Origin: Piromyces finnis finn
Taxonomy: Eukaryota; Fungi; Neocallimastigomycota
Assembly (NCBI GenBank): GCA_002104945.1
Contig: MCFH01000043.1
Location: forward strand, 124,001-188,000
Length of the DNA: 64,000 nt
Direction: 5' to 3'
A program made the position numbers and the translations under genes. The notes beneath the pieces were generated by a model. That model worked only from the letters and a program-made list of their open reading frames with translations. It was not told the DNA's origin and did not search any database. The first letter of the stretch is position 1, and every line of letters starts with the position of its first letter. Positions 26,978 to 51,744 of this stretch are shown in pieces.

Positions 26978-28291
26978 ATGAGTTTACAAAAAAATAAAAA
27001 TATTGTAAATGGTTATATATACCATGAAAAACAACATTTGGGATATTGCGCAAAAGTAAATTGACAATAGAAATGTATCTATAAAAAAAATAATGCAAAT
27101 AATAAATAATAATGTATTTTAAAATTAATAAATAATTCTAATTTTAATGTAATTATAAACTAATTATATAGCATGCTCTAAATTCTTTGGTAAATATTCT
27201 CTAGTATAATTAATAAGATTAACATTAAATGGAATTATCATAATACTTATTTATTTAAAATCATTTACATTAAAAGTTTCAAAGAGAGGAATTTACAATT
27301 AATGAATTAAATAAAATTTGCAACACATTAAAAGTTCAATATGCAAATTATAAATTATTTAATCCTCACAAAAGTGTATTGTAAATCAATAGTATCATTT
27401 ATTATAAATGCCATAATAATATCTATAAAATATATATATAAATAAATTATTGATTTTATTATTAATATTATAATGCTCTAATACTATATATAACCATCTT
27501 TTTCCATTTTTATATAGGTAATAAATAAATTATTATGTTATTTTGTTATACAGATATTAACTTCATACACTATTATATTATTAATATGTAGACCTATTGG
27601 AAACTATGATGTCAATGTAATTATGTGGGCATTAAATACCCGAGAAAAAGAAATACAATGGTTTGATAACAGGCACTTAGATGGTGAATCAAATTGTGTA
27701 TATAATATATATATATTAACTTATTTAAAGTAAACCCAATTTTCTTACAATATATTTATACCTTATATAATATTAGAATTAGAACAATTAGATATTGATG
27801 TATTATATGGTATAATAATCAATAAGGGAAGTAAAGGTTCTATATTTAATAAGCATTGGTACACACTAAGACCTGTGTATAAAAATAAAAATAGAATGAT
27901 AATTCATGAAAAAATATTAAGAAGCTCATCATCACAAATTAAAGGAAAGGATATGAAAATCGAAGATAAAAAGGAAAGTAAAAGTGAAAAGGAAAAAAAA
28001 GCATCACAAATAAAACCTCCAGAAATCCCACCTACAAATCTAATTGCAACAAAAATTACACTAACACATATTACTGTTGATTCTAATAATAATAATTATA
28101 GTACTGTTGAAGAATCACCAAGAAATAATGAAGAAAGCATAATGAAAAGTGATACTAAAGAAGAGTATGAATTTAGTTGGTGGAATTTAGACTCAAAATT
28201 GCAAGCTCCTATACGATATATTTCGAAAGAAGATGTAAGTTTTAATTACAATAATAGTGTAATTAAAGAAGTTATTAAATTAAATATATAA
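26978..28291 (+). CDS. Josephin-domain (JOSD1/2-like) deubiquitinase, 5 exons
   Basis: YIYHEKQHLGYCAK/HALNSL (Cys codon 27047-27049), GNYDVNVIMWAL, KHWYTLR (His 27854-27856) and WWNLDSKL (Asp 28190-28192) match Josephin family motifs. Confidence 0.85.
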
Positions 28292-28963
28292 AATATAAAA
28301 TTAATATAAAAATACTAATGCTATTATTTATTTTAAAAAGTTAATTTTCCACATAAAATGTCAAATTGTTAATAATTCACAAATCTTACTTATATATAAT
28401 AAATAATTTTATACATAATAATTCATAGTTAAAATTATTTTTATCATTCTAAATAACAACACAATATTGCTAAATAAAATATTATAAAAAAAAAACATAA
28501 CCATGTTATGACTAATTTAAAATTTTATATATGAATTATCATATTGATTTTATTTAATTTAAATAAAAAAAATATATTTAAAAATATAGTGTTGTCTATA
28601 ATAAAATAAAAATTTATAATTTAAAATATTATTTTTAGAAAAAAAAAAAAAGAATTACTATTAAAAAGAAATGAATAAATAAAAAATTTTAGCATATTCC
28701 TTTTTCTTTTTTAATATTCCATTTTTTTTATCGGTGAAATATATGTTTACTAAAATAATAATAAATTAAAAGTATTCATTCTTTATAAAAAATTAAAAAC
28801 ATAAACTTTATTATATAATATTAAAAGAATAAGCAAAAGATGGTAATTTTAAATAATAAATAATATTGATTATTAATTGTAATGGCAATTTTTTCAGTAA
28901 GTTTGAAGAATTATAATATATTTTTGAAAAAAGGTTATATATAGAAATAGATTCTTAAATCAT

Positions 28964-31545
<2,582 letters not shown>

Positions 31546-32829
31546 TTTGTCTTTTTATTATTAATAATAATTGATTATAAAATAAATAATATATTAATAT
31601 TTTTCCTGTTAATATTTGTTATTTAGCTTCTTCAAATTTCTATTTTTATTATATTTTATTTAAAAAATCTTTTATTAAAATAAATTAATTATTGTTTAAA
31701 TTCACCTTTAAATTAATATGATTATATTTTGACAAATTCTAAAAGTAAAATTAAAAGTAATAAAAAAAAAAAAAAAAATCTGAATGAGCAAATAAAATTT
31801 AATGTTATTAAAATAATAATATAATAATATTGGATAAAAAATATTATATAGTTGAAAACCTCATAAAAATTATAATATTATTATAAATAATTATAAGTAT
31901 ATATTATATTTTAAATCTTATTTTATAAAATTTCATTTTTTAAAATAATATATTTGTAATATATGAAACAATTAAAAAATATTAATATAAATATATTTAC
32001 TTTTTCTACATTTAGTATATTATAATATAAATGTTTTTAGTTATATTTGTTTTTTCTTAATAATGATTGGATAAAATTGATCTAATCACGTGTTTTAAAA
32101 TAAGAAATGATTAGTTTTTTAATGTAATGTATAAAGTAACGTTAATGTATTCAGTAACGTAATATAATTAGCACATTATTAATTTTGATATTAAAATTTA
32201 AATGATATAATTTGAAAACTTTAAAAATATAAAATATATTTATTAAAATTTTTTATTGTTTGTTTTTGAAAGATAAATTATATAGTAACTAATATGAAAT
32301 AAAATATGAATAATGGATTAAAGAAAATTTATAATAAATATGTTATAAATATATATATGTGTGTATAAATATTCTATAATATTAAAAGATAAAACTGAAA
32401 CTAAATAGTATAATTATAAAATAATCAACGGACAGTTGAATTCTGTAAAGTTCATCGGATGTAAATAAATAATAAAATTCAGAATAATAAATCGTTTGTT
32501 TAATTTCAATTATGGACGATATATTTAATTTCTCTAAAATATAATAAGTCCAATAAAAAATATAAAATAATAAAAATATTATCTAAAAGAAAAATTAGAA
32601 AAAAACAGAGAGAGGGATAAATAAAAATGACCAATTAAAAAATTTATTTATTATAGTATTATAACTTACCAATTTCGAATAATTTAATTCTCTATTAGTA
32701 TCCATAAATTTTCTCATTTGTTTTTTGATAATAATTGATGATAATGAAATGAGTAGCATAGTTATTAAATGATATATTTTCTAAGTATATATAATGTAAA
32801 AATAATTGTTTTAAAATAATTATTTTAAT

Positions 32830-35176
32830 CTAAAGCAATAATAATAATAATAATGAAATGCCTACTAATTTATGTTTCAAAACCATAAAAATTTCTAATA
32901 CTATTATAGATAAATATTTAACTATTATTTTACTATATATTGTTTTCTTTTTTTTTTTAATATTTTCTTTTATGAATGTATCATCCATTTTGCTTGAAGC
33001 AAATGCTTTTTCTAACCCAAAACAATCCTAGATGATATTTTTATAAAATATATAATATATATTCATTGTATTTAGTCATTTATAATTATATACATTATAT
33101 AAATATAAAATATTATTAATAGTAGTTACATCATCTTCCTCATCTTGTTTATTTATTTTTCCTTCAAAGTCATTAACATCATCATATTTTTTCTTCAACT
33201 TTTTAAGTAAACATTTTTAGTAAAAAAAAAATAAATAATAAATAAATAATTATATATTATATGCTATATATTTACATTTGTAATTTTAGTATTTGGTATA
33301 AATTTTAAAATTGAATAGGTTTTAATAATTAGCTATATCATAATTAAATAATAATAAAATAATAAATTGTTAATTTATATCAATCATTTATAAATAAAAT
33401 TAATAAAATTTAGGATATATTTATATTAATTTAAAACGGGAAAATTACAAATAAAATTATAATTAAGAAAAAAAGGTGTAATGAAAATGACTCCTTTATG
33501 GACCATTGATTTGTTTTTAATACATAATAAGATAGTGTTCTTATTATTATAAAATGAAATTGATATTGCTATTAAATGAATATATTAAAATGAATTAAAT
33601 TATTAATAATTATTTCAAATAATAAACTGAAAAATGTATATATATAAATAATTCTTAATTAATTTTAATTAATTTTTTTTTTTTTTTAATTCTCATACCA
33701 AGTACTTCTTTTTATTTGCAATTTCCCCTCCTAAACGCTTTTTTTTTAGCCATAAAGGGTTGAAGAGCATAGTAAATAAATATGTAAAAATTAAGAAAGG
33801 AGTTATATGATATGGTAGGCATTGACACAATTTATTTTTAGTAAAAGGACTTCTAAAATAGCATTGAAAATATTTTAGTTTATCAAGCAATTCTTCTTGT
33901 TCCCAACGTCTCTTTAAAGCATTGATATATTTTCCATTAAAAGTGCAATCATTATAATAAAATGTTTTAGGAAATATTACTCCTATAATAAAATAATTTA
34001 TTAATATTAAAGGACATAATTGAATAATGTTATTCAATAATAAAAAAAAAAAAGGAATATTAACTATATAAATTCATAATAAGATATAATTATATAATGT
34101 GTCTTATTCTGTACCATAAATATGATAACTAATAGTATATATTTCGAAAAATATGATATAACCCATTGCAAATAACCATATTAATAAGAAAAAAAAGATA
34201 GATTTTGATAAGAATTGAATTGTTGAACAGATTGTTGAAGTTGATAATTTAAAATTCTAGTTTTTATATGATAATTTTGTTGTTGTAATTCATTATTAAC
34301 ATTTTTGACACATTTTGAACAAATGATAGGATATCTATTTTCCAACGATTTTCTATATTGGTCAATAGTTAAATCATATAATTCCTTATTGAAACATATT
34401 ATAAAAATGTAAAAAATTCTTTATTAATAATGCAATTATAATAATAAATTTAACAAAACAATCACTAAAAATCATTTATATATATATAAATGAAAAGTAT
34501 ATTATGATATATGCTAATATATAATGTTAAATAAAGAAATTTACATCATCCCCAGGATCATAAGAAGCTAAAAGTTGAACGATAAGTTTTTGATTTTGAA
34601 GACAATTACTACAAAAAACAATATTCTCGTTTTCTGTATTAGTTCTCCTCTTAAAATTATCTTTTTTGTTATCGAATTTGTCTAAATACATTTCTGGATA
34701 ACTTTCAATGATTTCTCCATTCTTTTAATTTATAATATTTATGAATGTTTGAAATGCAATTTAATTTTTTTTTTTTTTTTTTTAAACGGAAATAATTAAT
34801 ATATGTTAAATCATTAATAATTATTAATAAAACATCCTTTGAATAAAAGTATATTAATTTAAATAGAAATTACTCTATCACGTTTATTCCAAGAATTACA
34901 TTCTTCACAAAACCAATTATACCAATTTTGTTCATTGGGTGTACCTTTTAAATATTTTTGGAAAGTCTTCTTTTTTCCACAATAAAAGCAATAAATTGTT
35001 TTGGAATGATAATTTAACTTCGGAATTCTTTCAAATATTCTATTTAAGTTTTTGGATATAAACTGCTTTATCGAAAAAAAGATATAAAGAACAATGTATA
35101 TAATTATTATATAAAAAAATACTATGGGAAGATTATTTTTTTTTATAAACTCAGATTGAGTTCTTGTTGCTTCCAT
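32830..35176 (-). CDS. Ima1/TMEM201(Samp1)-like inner nuclear membrane protein; 3' end uncertain (may extend to ~32374)
   Basis: N-terminal TM segment then four CxxC pairs: CFYC, WFCEECNSWN, FCSNCLQNQKLIVQLLASYDP and RYPIICSKCQKNV. This matches the Ima1_N pattern; further hydrophobic exons follow. Confidence 0.75.
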
Positions 35177-36390
35177 GATTAAATATTTGTTTTGTTTGTT
35201 TAAATTACTTCATTTATAAAAATAATTTTTAATTGTATCTATTACAGTAACATTAAGAAAAATTAAAAAATAATTTAAAGCTTAAAATGAAATTTCATCT
35301 ATTTTATATATATTTAAAATTACTTTTATTAAAAAATTAATAAATAAGAAAATCTAACCTTAAATTTTTCACCTAAAAATTTTATTATATAATATTCCTT
35401 GTAAAATTATTTAACATTTTTCTTGAGAACTTTATCAATAATATATAGTTTCTTGTACATTTTAAAAATGTAAAAAAAAGTTAAATTCACTCTTTTAATA
35501 ATAATAATATTATTAATATATTAATAAGTAAAAAAAAAAAAATTTATTATTTGTCTAATTATTATGAATAAACATTAACCTAATGTTTCCTTTCTATTTT
35601 TTTATTTTTTTTAATATATATTTTTTTTATAATATGAAATAAATTATCATAGTTAACTTTCAAAATAGTATATTCAAATTAATAATTTATTTTATTTTTT
35701 ATTTTTATTTATTATATTTATTAATTTTTATTTATTATATTTATTAATTTTTATTTATTTGTTGTTTTTTTGTTTTTTAAAATAATAGAATAATTTTTAA
35801 TAAGAAATGATTTTTTTTATTTACATAAAATTGATAAAAAAAAAATATATATATATATATATTGAAAAATGAATAAAAAAAAATGGATATATGATTTTAA
35901 ATTGTGTTTTTAATGAATAACTAATTAAATATAATTATATATATACTTTTTTTGTTCTTACTTATATTTACTTATAGTATTATCTATATATATATTATAT
36001 ATCAAAATATTTTTTTTTAAAAAAAAAAAAAAGAATAAATAGTAATCATTAAATTTTTAATCTCAAATTTACTAAAAAAAAATAATAATAATAATAAAAT
36101 AAAAAAACTATTAACTTATTATTTTGTAAAGTGGTATAACTAAACTTAGTTTTTTTATATTACTTTTGTTTTTTTTTTTAAGTATATTAATAATGTTGAT
36201 ATTTTTGTTTGTTTACTTTTTGTTGTTTCTTAAATTTAGTTATTTGATTATTCATTATTTTATAGTATTTTATATTATTTTTTCTGTTGATATGAATTTA
36301 TTTTGTTTTTTAATTTCTTTATTATTATTTTATATTTTTTGTTTTCTGTTTTTGTTTTATTGGTTTTAATTTAACTTTTTTTCTTTTTTT

Positions 36391-44096
<7,706 letters not shown>

Positions 44097-45665
44097 TTTG
44101 GAATTTTAAATTATTTTGTATTCTTATTGTTTGTATATCAATATTTTAATAGTTTTTCTTTGTGTTGTATATTGATTAATTTAATTGAAATTATTTCCAA
44201 TATAATATATAAAAGTACAAAAATAAGTTAATATTATTTATTCTTCAATTTAACTGTTTTTTATTATTATGATTATGATTATTCTTTTGTCATTTAATTT
44301 ATTTGATATATATATAAATTAGAAATAATATATTAAGATAAAAACTCGAAAAAAAATAATTAATTTAAAATTTCTTTCTCTTCCAACATAGAATTATTAA
44401 AATGAAAAATTTGTTGAAGTGATAGAAATGTAATTGGTTATATATTTTAAAAATTATTTCAAAATAAAATGTTGATATCATTTAACAATTTTTTTTTTAT
44501 ATTCTTCAACCTTTTTTTTTTTTTTTCCAAAAAAAAAAAAAAAAAAAAAAAAAAGGTTATGATATTTATTGTTTTGTTATTTATTGTTTTTATTTTACAC
44601 TATTCATAATAATATTATTATTAAAAAATAAAATCAATTCCAAATCTATTAATTAAATATTTTTTTTCTTCTAATGAATTAATAAAATGGAATAAAATAT
44701 TATTGAAAGAATTTTATACTTGTCAATATCTGTAAATTAATAATATTAATAATTTTTTTTTATTTTTTCTTTCTCGATTCGTAAAATTGTTGGTAAAATT
44801 TAAATATGATTTCATTATTTTAAATCGATAGTTCAAAAAAAAACTTTTTTTTTACTCTTATGTTATTCTTAATATCAACTTAAAATGTGATATAATTTAC
44901 CTCTTTTCTATATTGCTATTATTATTATTTAATTATTATTTATTTGTTATTCCTCTTTCTCTTAATTATATAAAATACACAAGAAAAAAAAAGCTTAAAA
45001 AATATATATACAATTTCTATTGTTGAAGCAATTTATAAACATCTTTATTTCTATAAAATTCGCTTTCTCCTTCATATATATATATAAAAATTTACACAAA
45101 TAATAATAAATAAATTATCTATTATTGATAGATTTGGAAATGAATTATTATTTCCACTTTCAAATAATAATAATAAATTATAAAAGATAAAGTAAAAAAT
45201 TTAAAAAAAAAAAAAAATAAAAAATAAAAATTTTTAAAATTAAAATTAAATAATAATAACAAAAAATTAAATTATAAATAATATTTATATTAAATAAAGT
45301 TTATCAATTTTAGATAAACAATTTAATTTTTTGTATTAAAAAATTTTGATTTATTATAAAAAAAAGTTTAAAACAAAAAATAAATAAATAAATAAATAAT
45401 TAAATAATTAAATAAATTTAATATAAAATATTTTATGTAATATAATTTTACTAATCGCCTTATGAAAATAATATAAAAAAACGGAATTTAGCAATCTAAT
45501 AATTCATAGATTGATATTTATATAATTATGATATAAATATTATAGTCATAAATTTTCACTTCACTAATATACCATATTTGTTGGTTTTTTCAGTATTTAG
45601 TTAGTTTTTTACCTTTATATTATTATACATTCAATTTAATATTATATATATTTACTTATTTATTT

Positions 45666-45705
<40 letters not shown>

Positions 45706-47150
45706 TTTGTTTATTTATTTATTTATTTATTTATTTATAATTAATATAAAAGTTATTTTTAATGATACTTATAAATACTAAAAAGTATCTTTATATATTT
45801 GTATTGAATACTATATAAAAACTTTCAAAAGAATAAACAATAAAAGCAAATTAAAATTTGAGATCATTATAAAGAAAATATATGGTAGTTGTATATTATT
45901 TAATAAATTCAATTAAATTGATTATAATTACCATTAAAAAAAAGTTTTTTAAAAAAAAGATGGACCGTAAATAATTAATCATTTTAAATGAATTTTATTG
46001 ATTAAAGTAATATATGTGAATAGATTAAAATTATATTAAAAAGTTAGAGAATGAAAATGATCATAACCATAATAGGAAATGAAAAAAAAATAGGGAAAAA
46101 ATAAAATTTTACCACCGTAAATATAAACTTTATAATAAAAGATAATTTAAAAATTATTATTATTAATATAACTTATAATAAACTTATAATAATAACAAGT
46201 AATTTATAAAAATAAAATAGTAAAGAGTTTTATCAAGATGTTATTATTTATATTGCTAAAAAAAATATATAGTAATAGATAATGAGTAGAAGCATAAGAA
46301 CATACGAATTAATTAAACTAAACCATAAAAGCATAAAAGTTCTTTTTTTTTATTATTAACATAATGATAGTACCTCTAAATTATAAATTATTTTTGTTTA
46401 AAAAAGTTTTATCTCTACATTAACAAAATTCATGGAAAAAGTTTAAAAGTAAGATTTTACTAGAATATTCTTCCTTTTGTTTTTAATGATAATAAATGCT
46501 ACTTACAATACATTATACAAAATAAAATTATTAATTAATATAAACTTTTAGGATTATTATCTGAGAAAAAAAAAATGCCTAAGTCGATTTTAAATCAAGA
46601 TGTTTTTTCTTTTTTTAAAAAAAAAAGAATATCTAAATAAAATAACTAAACAAAGTTTAATAATTCAAGTAGTTCAAGGTCTTTAACTCTTTAATATCAA
46701 AATTTAAAACATAATTTTATGAATTCAATGAATGAGAATATATCCCAAATTATCATAGAAACATTAACTTACTAGTTTTTTTATTATATTTTCTATCATA
46801 AATAGAGTACTAAATTATATTTTTAAATGTATACTCTTTTATCACTTTTTATTATTACAATATATGAGGATTCATATTAAAAAGTAATAATGGAATTATT
46901 CCTTATAGTTTCATAAACGTATCTTCTGTACGTAAAAACTTGATAATGAAAACAGTTTATGAAAATTTTAAAAAAAAATATATATCCGGTAATATTATTA
47001 AGTTTTTATATTTTATAAAAAATACTTCAAAAAATATTATTAGATTAAGCATTATTATTACAAATTTTGATAAATTATTTTTGTATTTGAATATATACTA
47101 AAAAAATAATTATCGGAAAGCCTAAAATAAAACCAAAATAAAAGAATAAA

Positions 47151-47186
<36 letters not shown>

Positions 47187-48979
47187 TAAATAATAAACTT
47201 TAAAAAAAAAGAAAAGAAGAAGAAAAAGAAAAAATAAAATAACGCATAAAATAAAATATAAAATAATTTTAATAGCTCACTGGTTAACTATATAATTATT
47301 CCTACAATTAATAATAATAATAATCGTTTATAAAATAGATAAAAAAGAAATTTTTACAAAAAGCTAATGAAAATAATAGATATTTTAAAAAAAAATTCTG
47401 TAATGAACTTGTCTTAATAATATTAAGTTTAATTAAAAATATTTACACTCGAAATTACACTAAATGATAAAAAAAAAGATTTATTATATATATAGAATGT
47501 AATGGAATTGATAATCAATAAACAATAATGTTTTAATTAATATTAAATATATATATATTTAAAGGAAAATATGAAATATAAATCATTATGTTCATTCTCT
47601 TTTCTATTATTATTATTTAATTATTTATTAATTAATTTATTTTATTAAGTCTTTAATTCTATTAATTAGTTAAATGATATTTTTAAAAATTTTAATAATG
47701 AATAAAATATTATTTTTATATTATTTAAAATCTTCGCATGAATTAATGGTCAATATTCATAAATCTTATTATATATAATTATTTATATATAATGAAATTT
47801 ATCATTTCTTCAAAATGGCATCGCATCCTTTAAATAAAATCATATTAAATAAAGACAATATTTTATAAATTATCATGAAATGGTATACCACTTATTTTAT
47901 ATGATTTTCTTAAATATCAAAACCTTAGAAAAATGTATAACATTCATCAGCCATAATATTAATTCATTTATACTAAGGATTTTATTTACTTCAAAAAATA
48001 ATATTATTTCTACCTACCAGAAACCTTTAATATTATATATATATTTGAAGGAAATGAATATTGCCAAAAATAGTTAATGTAAATAAAAATTAATTAATAA
48101 TATAATAAATCTAACTTGAGTAGTTTTTACACTATTACTTGCTAACACACAAAATAAATATTTTTATTTCATTTCAAATAAAATTGATATATACTATCAA
48201 ATATATATTCTTTTTTTTTTTTTAATATAGTATTCAAGTAAAAGACCATTCAGAAAATTTACAATAAGGAATAATAAAAGAAACAATATATTTTTCCTGT
48301 TTGTTTGTTTGTTTGTTTGTTTGTTTGTTTCTTCAAAAAATATTCCTTACAGATTACTATTACTTTTCAGTTTCATCTTTATTACCACTTCGGTAATGTA
48401 TTTCATATATTATCTCTATGCTCAATGTAACATAAAAACTTAATGGTTACTAAGTTATTTTTACAAATTACAGTTATTATATTAATATGAAATTCATTAA
48501 TCCTAGTCCTATGTTATCATGGTAAAGAAGGAAAAGATTCTTAAGTTTGAAAAGTATAATCTTTCAACTAAAAAAAGATGAATTCATTAATTAGCTGCTC
48601 TAAATTCAATGAAGTGAATTGGAATGTCAAATCAATCAAAATAATAAATAATATAAATATATATGTATATGTCTATTAAATGAAAGGAATAAATGAAAAT
48701 CATAATATCATTATATTTTATGAGCTATTTCTATTATCATTTTATTAAATAAAATTAAAAAAAATGAAAAAAAAAAAATAATAAAACCTACTAATTAAAT
48801 ATTTTATATTTTGTTTAATAGTTAATATTCGAAAAATTCGAAAAAAAAAATATATATATATATATATATAATTTATATTTTTATTATTTTATTATTTAGG
48901 ATACTTAATATAATGATTAGTTTTAGTAACAAAAAAAATAAAATATTGTACTTTTTTTATGCTGTTCTATAAAAGAGAT

Positions 48980-49024
<45 letters not shown>

Positions 49025-51705
49025 CATAATAATTATATTCATTTTATTTTATTTTAATAGGTTATTCTTTTATTAACTCTTTTTAATATTTTTTTAATTT
49101 TAATGAAATTTTAATGAATAACTGTATGTATTTTCTATTTTCTATAATAATATAAAATAAATCTTTTTATACTTATTTCATTGTTAATAAAAAATCGACT
49201 TTGTCAAATACTATTTAATGATTCTAATTTTTTTTTAAAGTTTAGTACCGTTTGTTTTAAACCTCCTTAATTAATAATTAATTAATACCTGAAAATAATT
49301 AAAAATTCATATTTTTCTTTATTATAATTATTATTAATCAACTTATTGACTAGCATTTATTCTTCTAATTAAATAATTCACATAGTTTAATTTATATCAT
49401 AATAATATGATATGGATTTAATTCGAACTTTATATATAAAAATAATTAAAAATAATTATTTATTATTTTATTAAGAAAATAAAATTATTTTTTAATCAAG
49501 CCAAAATTTATTATGACGGATGAAGGTCTAAAATATAGAAATACATTTAAAAATTAGAATCAAAAAATAAAAATCTTTATTTAATTAAATAAATCAAGCA
49601 ATAAAACTTTTCATATTAAGATAAAACTATGGTTAACATTAAAAAACAAATATTCCATAAAAATTCTTAATTATTTAATATAGATGTTTCTAGTTGAATT
49701 ATTTAATAATCCACTTGAATATCTAATATTTTATATAAAGATTTTTTATTTTTAATAGTACAGGAACTTTCAAATAAAAAAAAAAAAAAAAATGATGCTC
49801 TTACTTAAATATACTATTTTATTTTAGTTCTTATATAATATAAAAGTTGTATTCTTTATTAATATTGTTTCTAAATTTTAATAAATAAAAACACTTAACA
49901 ATCAAATTAGAAAAACTTTTCTCTTATTTTAATTATAATTTATGTTTGCTTTAATTTTAAAAAAATATGGTCATTCCTTATTATTACTTTTATTTTTTTA
50001 AAAAAAAACTGTTATGACCAAAATTAGTTTATATTGTTTTATTTTTGATACTCACTCTTTTAATCATCATATAAATAAAATATTAATATGAGATTTTAAT
50101 TATAATATTTTTTTTATTATTTAAAGTTTTTACTAATTCAAATTCTGTTGAATTATATAGATTAATCTATTACTTGTTAACTTCAAATAAATGCATAAAT
50201 ACATTATTATACTTTATATTATTAATATTAGTAATACTAAAATACCATTAGTTACAATAAATTGCATAAAATAAAAGAGTAAAATATCTAAATATCCAAA
50301 TATAATATTCTTTACAAATATTTTGAAATCTTTTGTATTACTTAAAATTAAATCATTAATAAAATTTAAATATATATATATATATTAATACTATTATATT
50401 TTTAAAAAATAAATTAGTCGCTCTAATTACAATTTAATTTTAGTTGAAAAGCATATTTGATAACTTTTATAAACCTTTATTATTTATAATAAATTAAATT
50501 TTTTCATAAACATTTATTATTCATAATAACTTGAAAGAATTCTTTACATAAACTTTCATCCTTCATGACAATTTTAAAAGTTAAAAGTAATAATCTCCAT
50601 ATTTAAAAATTTATAATATTCACCTTAATATCTTTTAAATCTATCTTTTTTAAAAAAAAATTAATATTCTATTTAAAAATATTTTTAATTTAAATTTAAT
50701 TAAATATATTAAAAAGATGTCTTTTACTTTATTTATTTCCAATACAATCGTATAATATATAATAAGTAATAAAGATATATACTATTATTTATTTCAATAG
50801 TATATAAACGTATATGCATATATATATTATTAAAATGTATAAAAATGTTTTGTTTTGTTTACAATTATGGTATATTACTAAAAAAAAAAAAAAAATTGCA
50901 TGCTATTATTAATAAAAAAAAATTTTATATCAATAGTAATAATGCATAAAAGTATTATTTCCAATATATTAGTTATATTGTATAATATATTATTAATTAT
51001 AATATTTATATTAATCCTTTATAAAGGCTGAGAAAAAAAATAATAGTATTAAATTTTCTATTACTTCAAACATAAAATATTAATATTTTTATTCAATTAT
51101 CCATTCTTCTTAAATAATATTAAAATATTATAAATTGGATGAATATTAAAAATATAAAGTAATTTTAATAAGTAATTTTTTAATAATATCTTATTTTTTT
51201 ACATATAATAAAAAAAAATAAAAATGTCATGTAATGGCAAGGAAATTATTGTAATGTTTCACAATCAAAAATTTATAATAATTTTTAATATAATTTTTTA
51301 CATAATTTTTTAATATATAAAAAATATAAAAATAAATTAAAATTAAATTGCCACAATATTTAATAATTACAAAAAAAAAATTAAAATATAAACCTATCAT
51401 TAAACTTCATAGCATATAAAAAAAAGCATTCATATATATTTGTTGTTAAAATAACATATAAATAATTAGTAATAACATATAAATTTATTTTTTAACAATT
51501 TATGAATTATCTAATAATAAATTTTGCCTACTATTATAAATATTATTAATATATTTAGTAGAAAACCTATTATTTAATATTTTATTATAATAGAATAAAT
51601 TTGTTTTATAGAGTTTATTTTTTTTTATTATCCTCTTATAATTAATATTTTTACTTTAATTATTAATGAAAAATAAACTTATGGAAACTAGTAGAACGAT
51701 TAAAG

Positions 51706-51709
<4 letters not shown>

Positions 51710-51744
<35 letters not shown>

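Noticed and set aside
47880-48077. 65-aa ORF in the gene-free interval
   Set aside because: Intergenic-like composition, no motifs, no linked exons.
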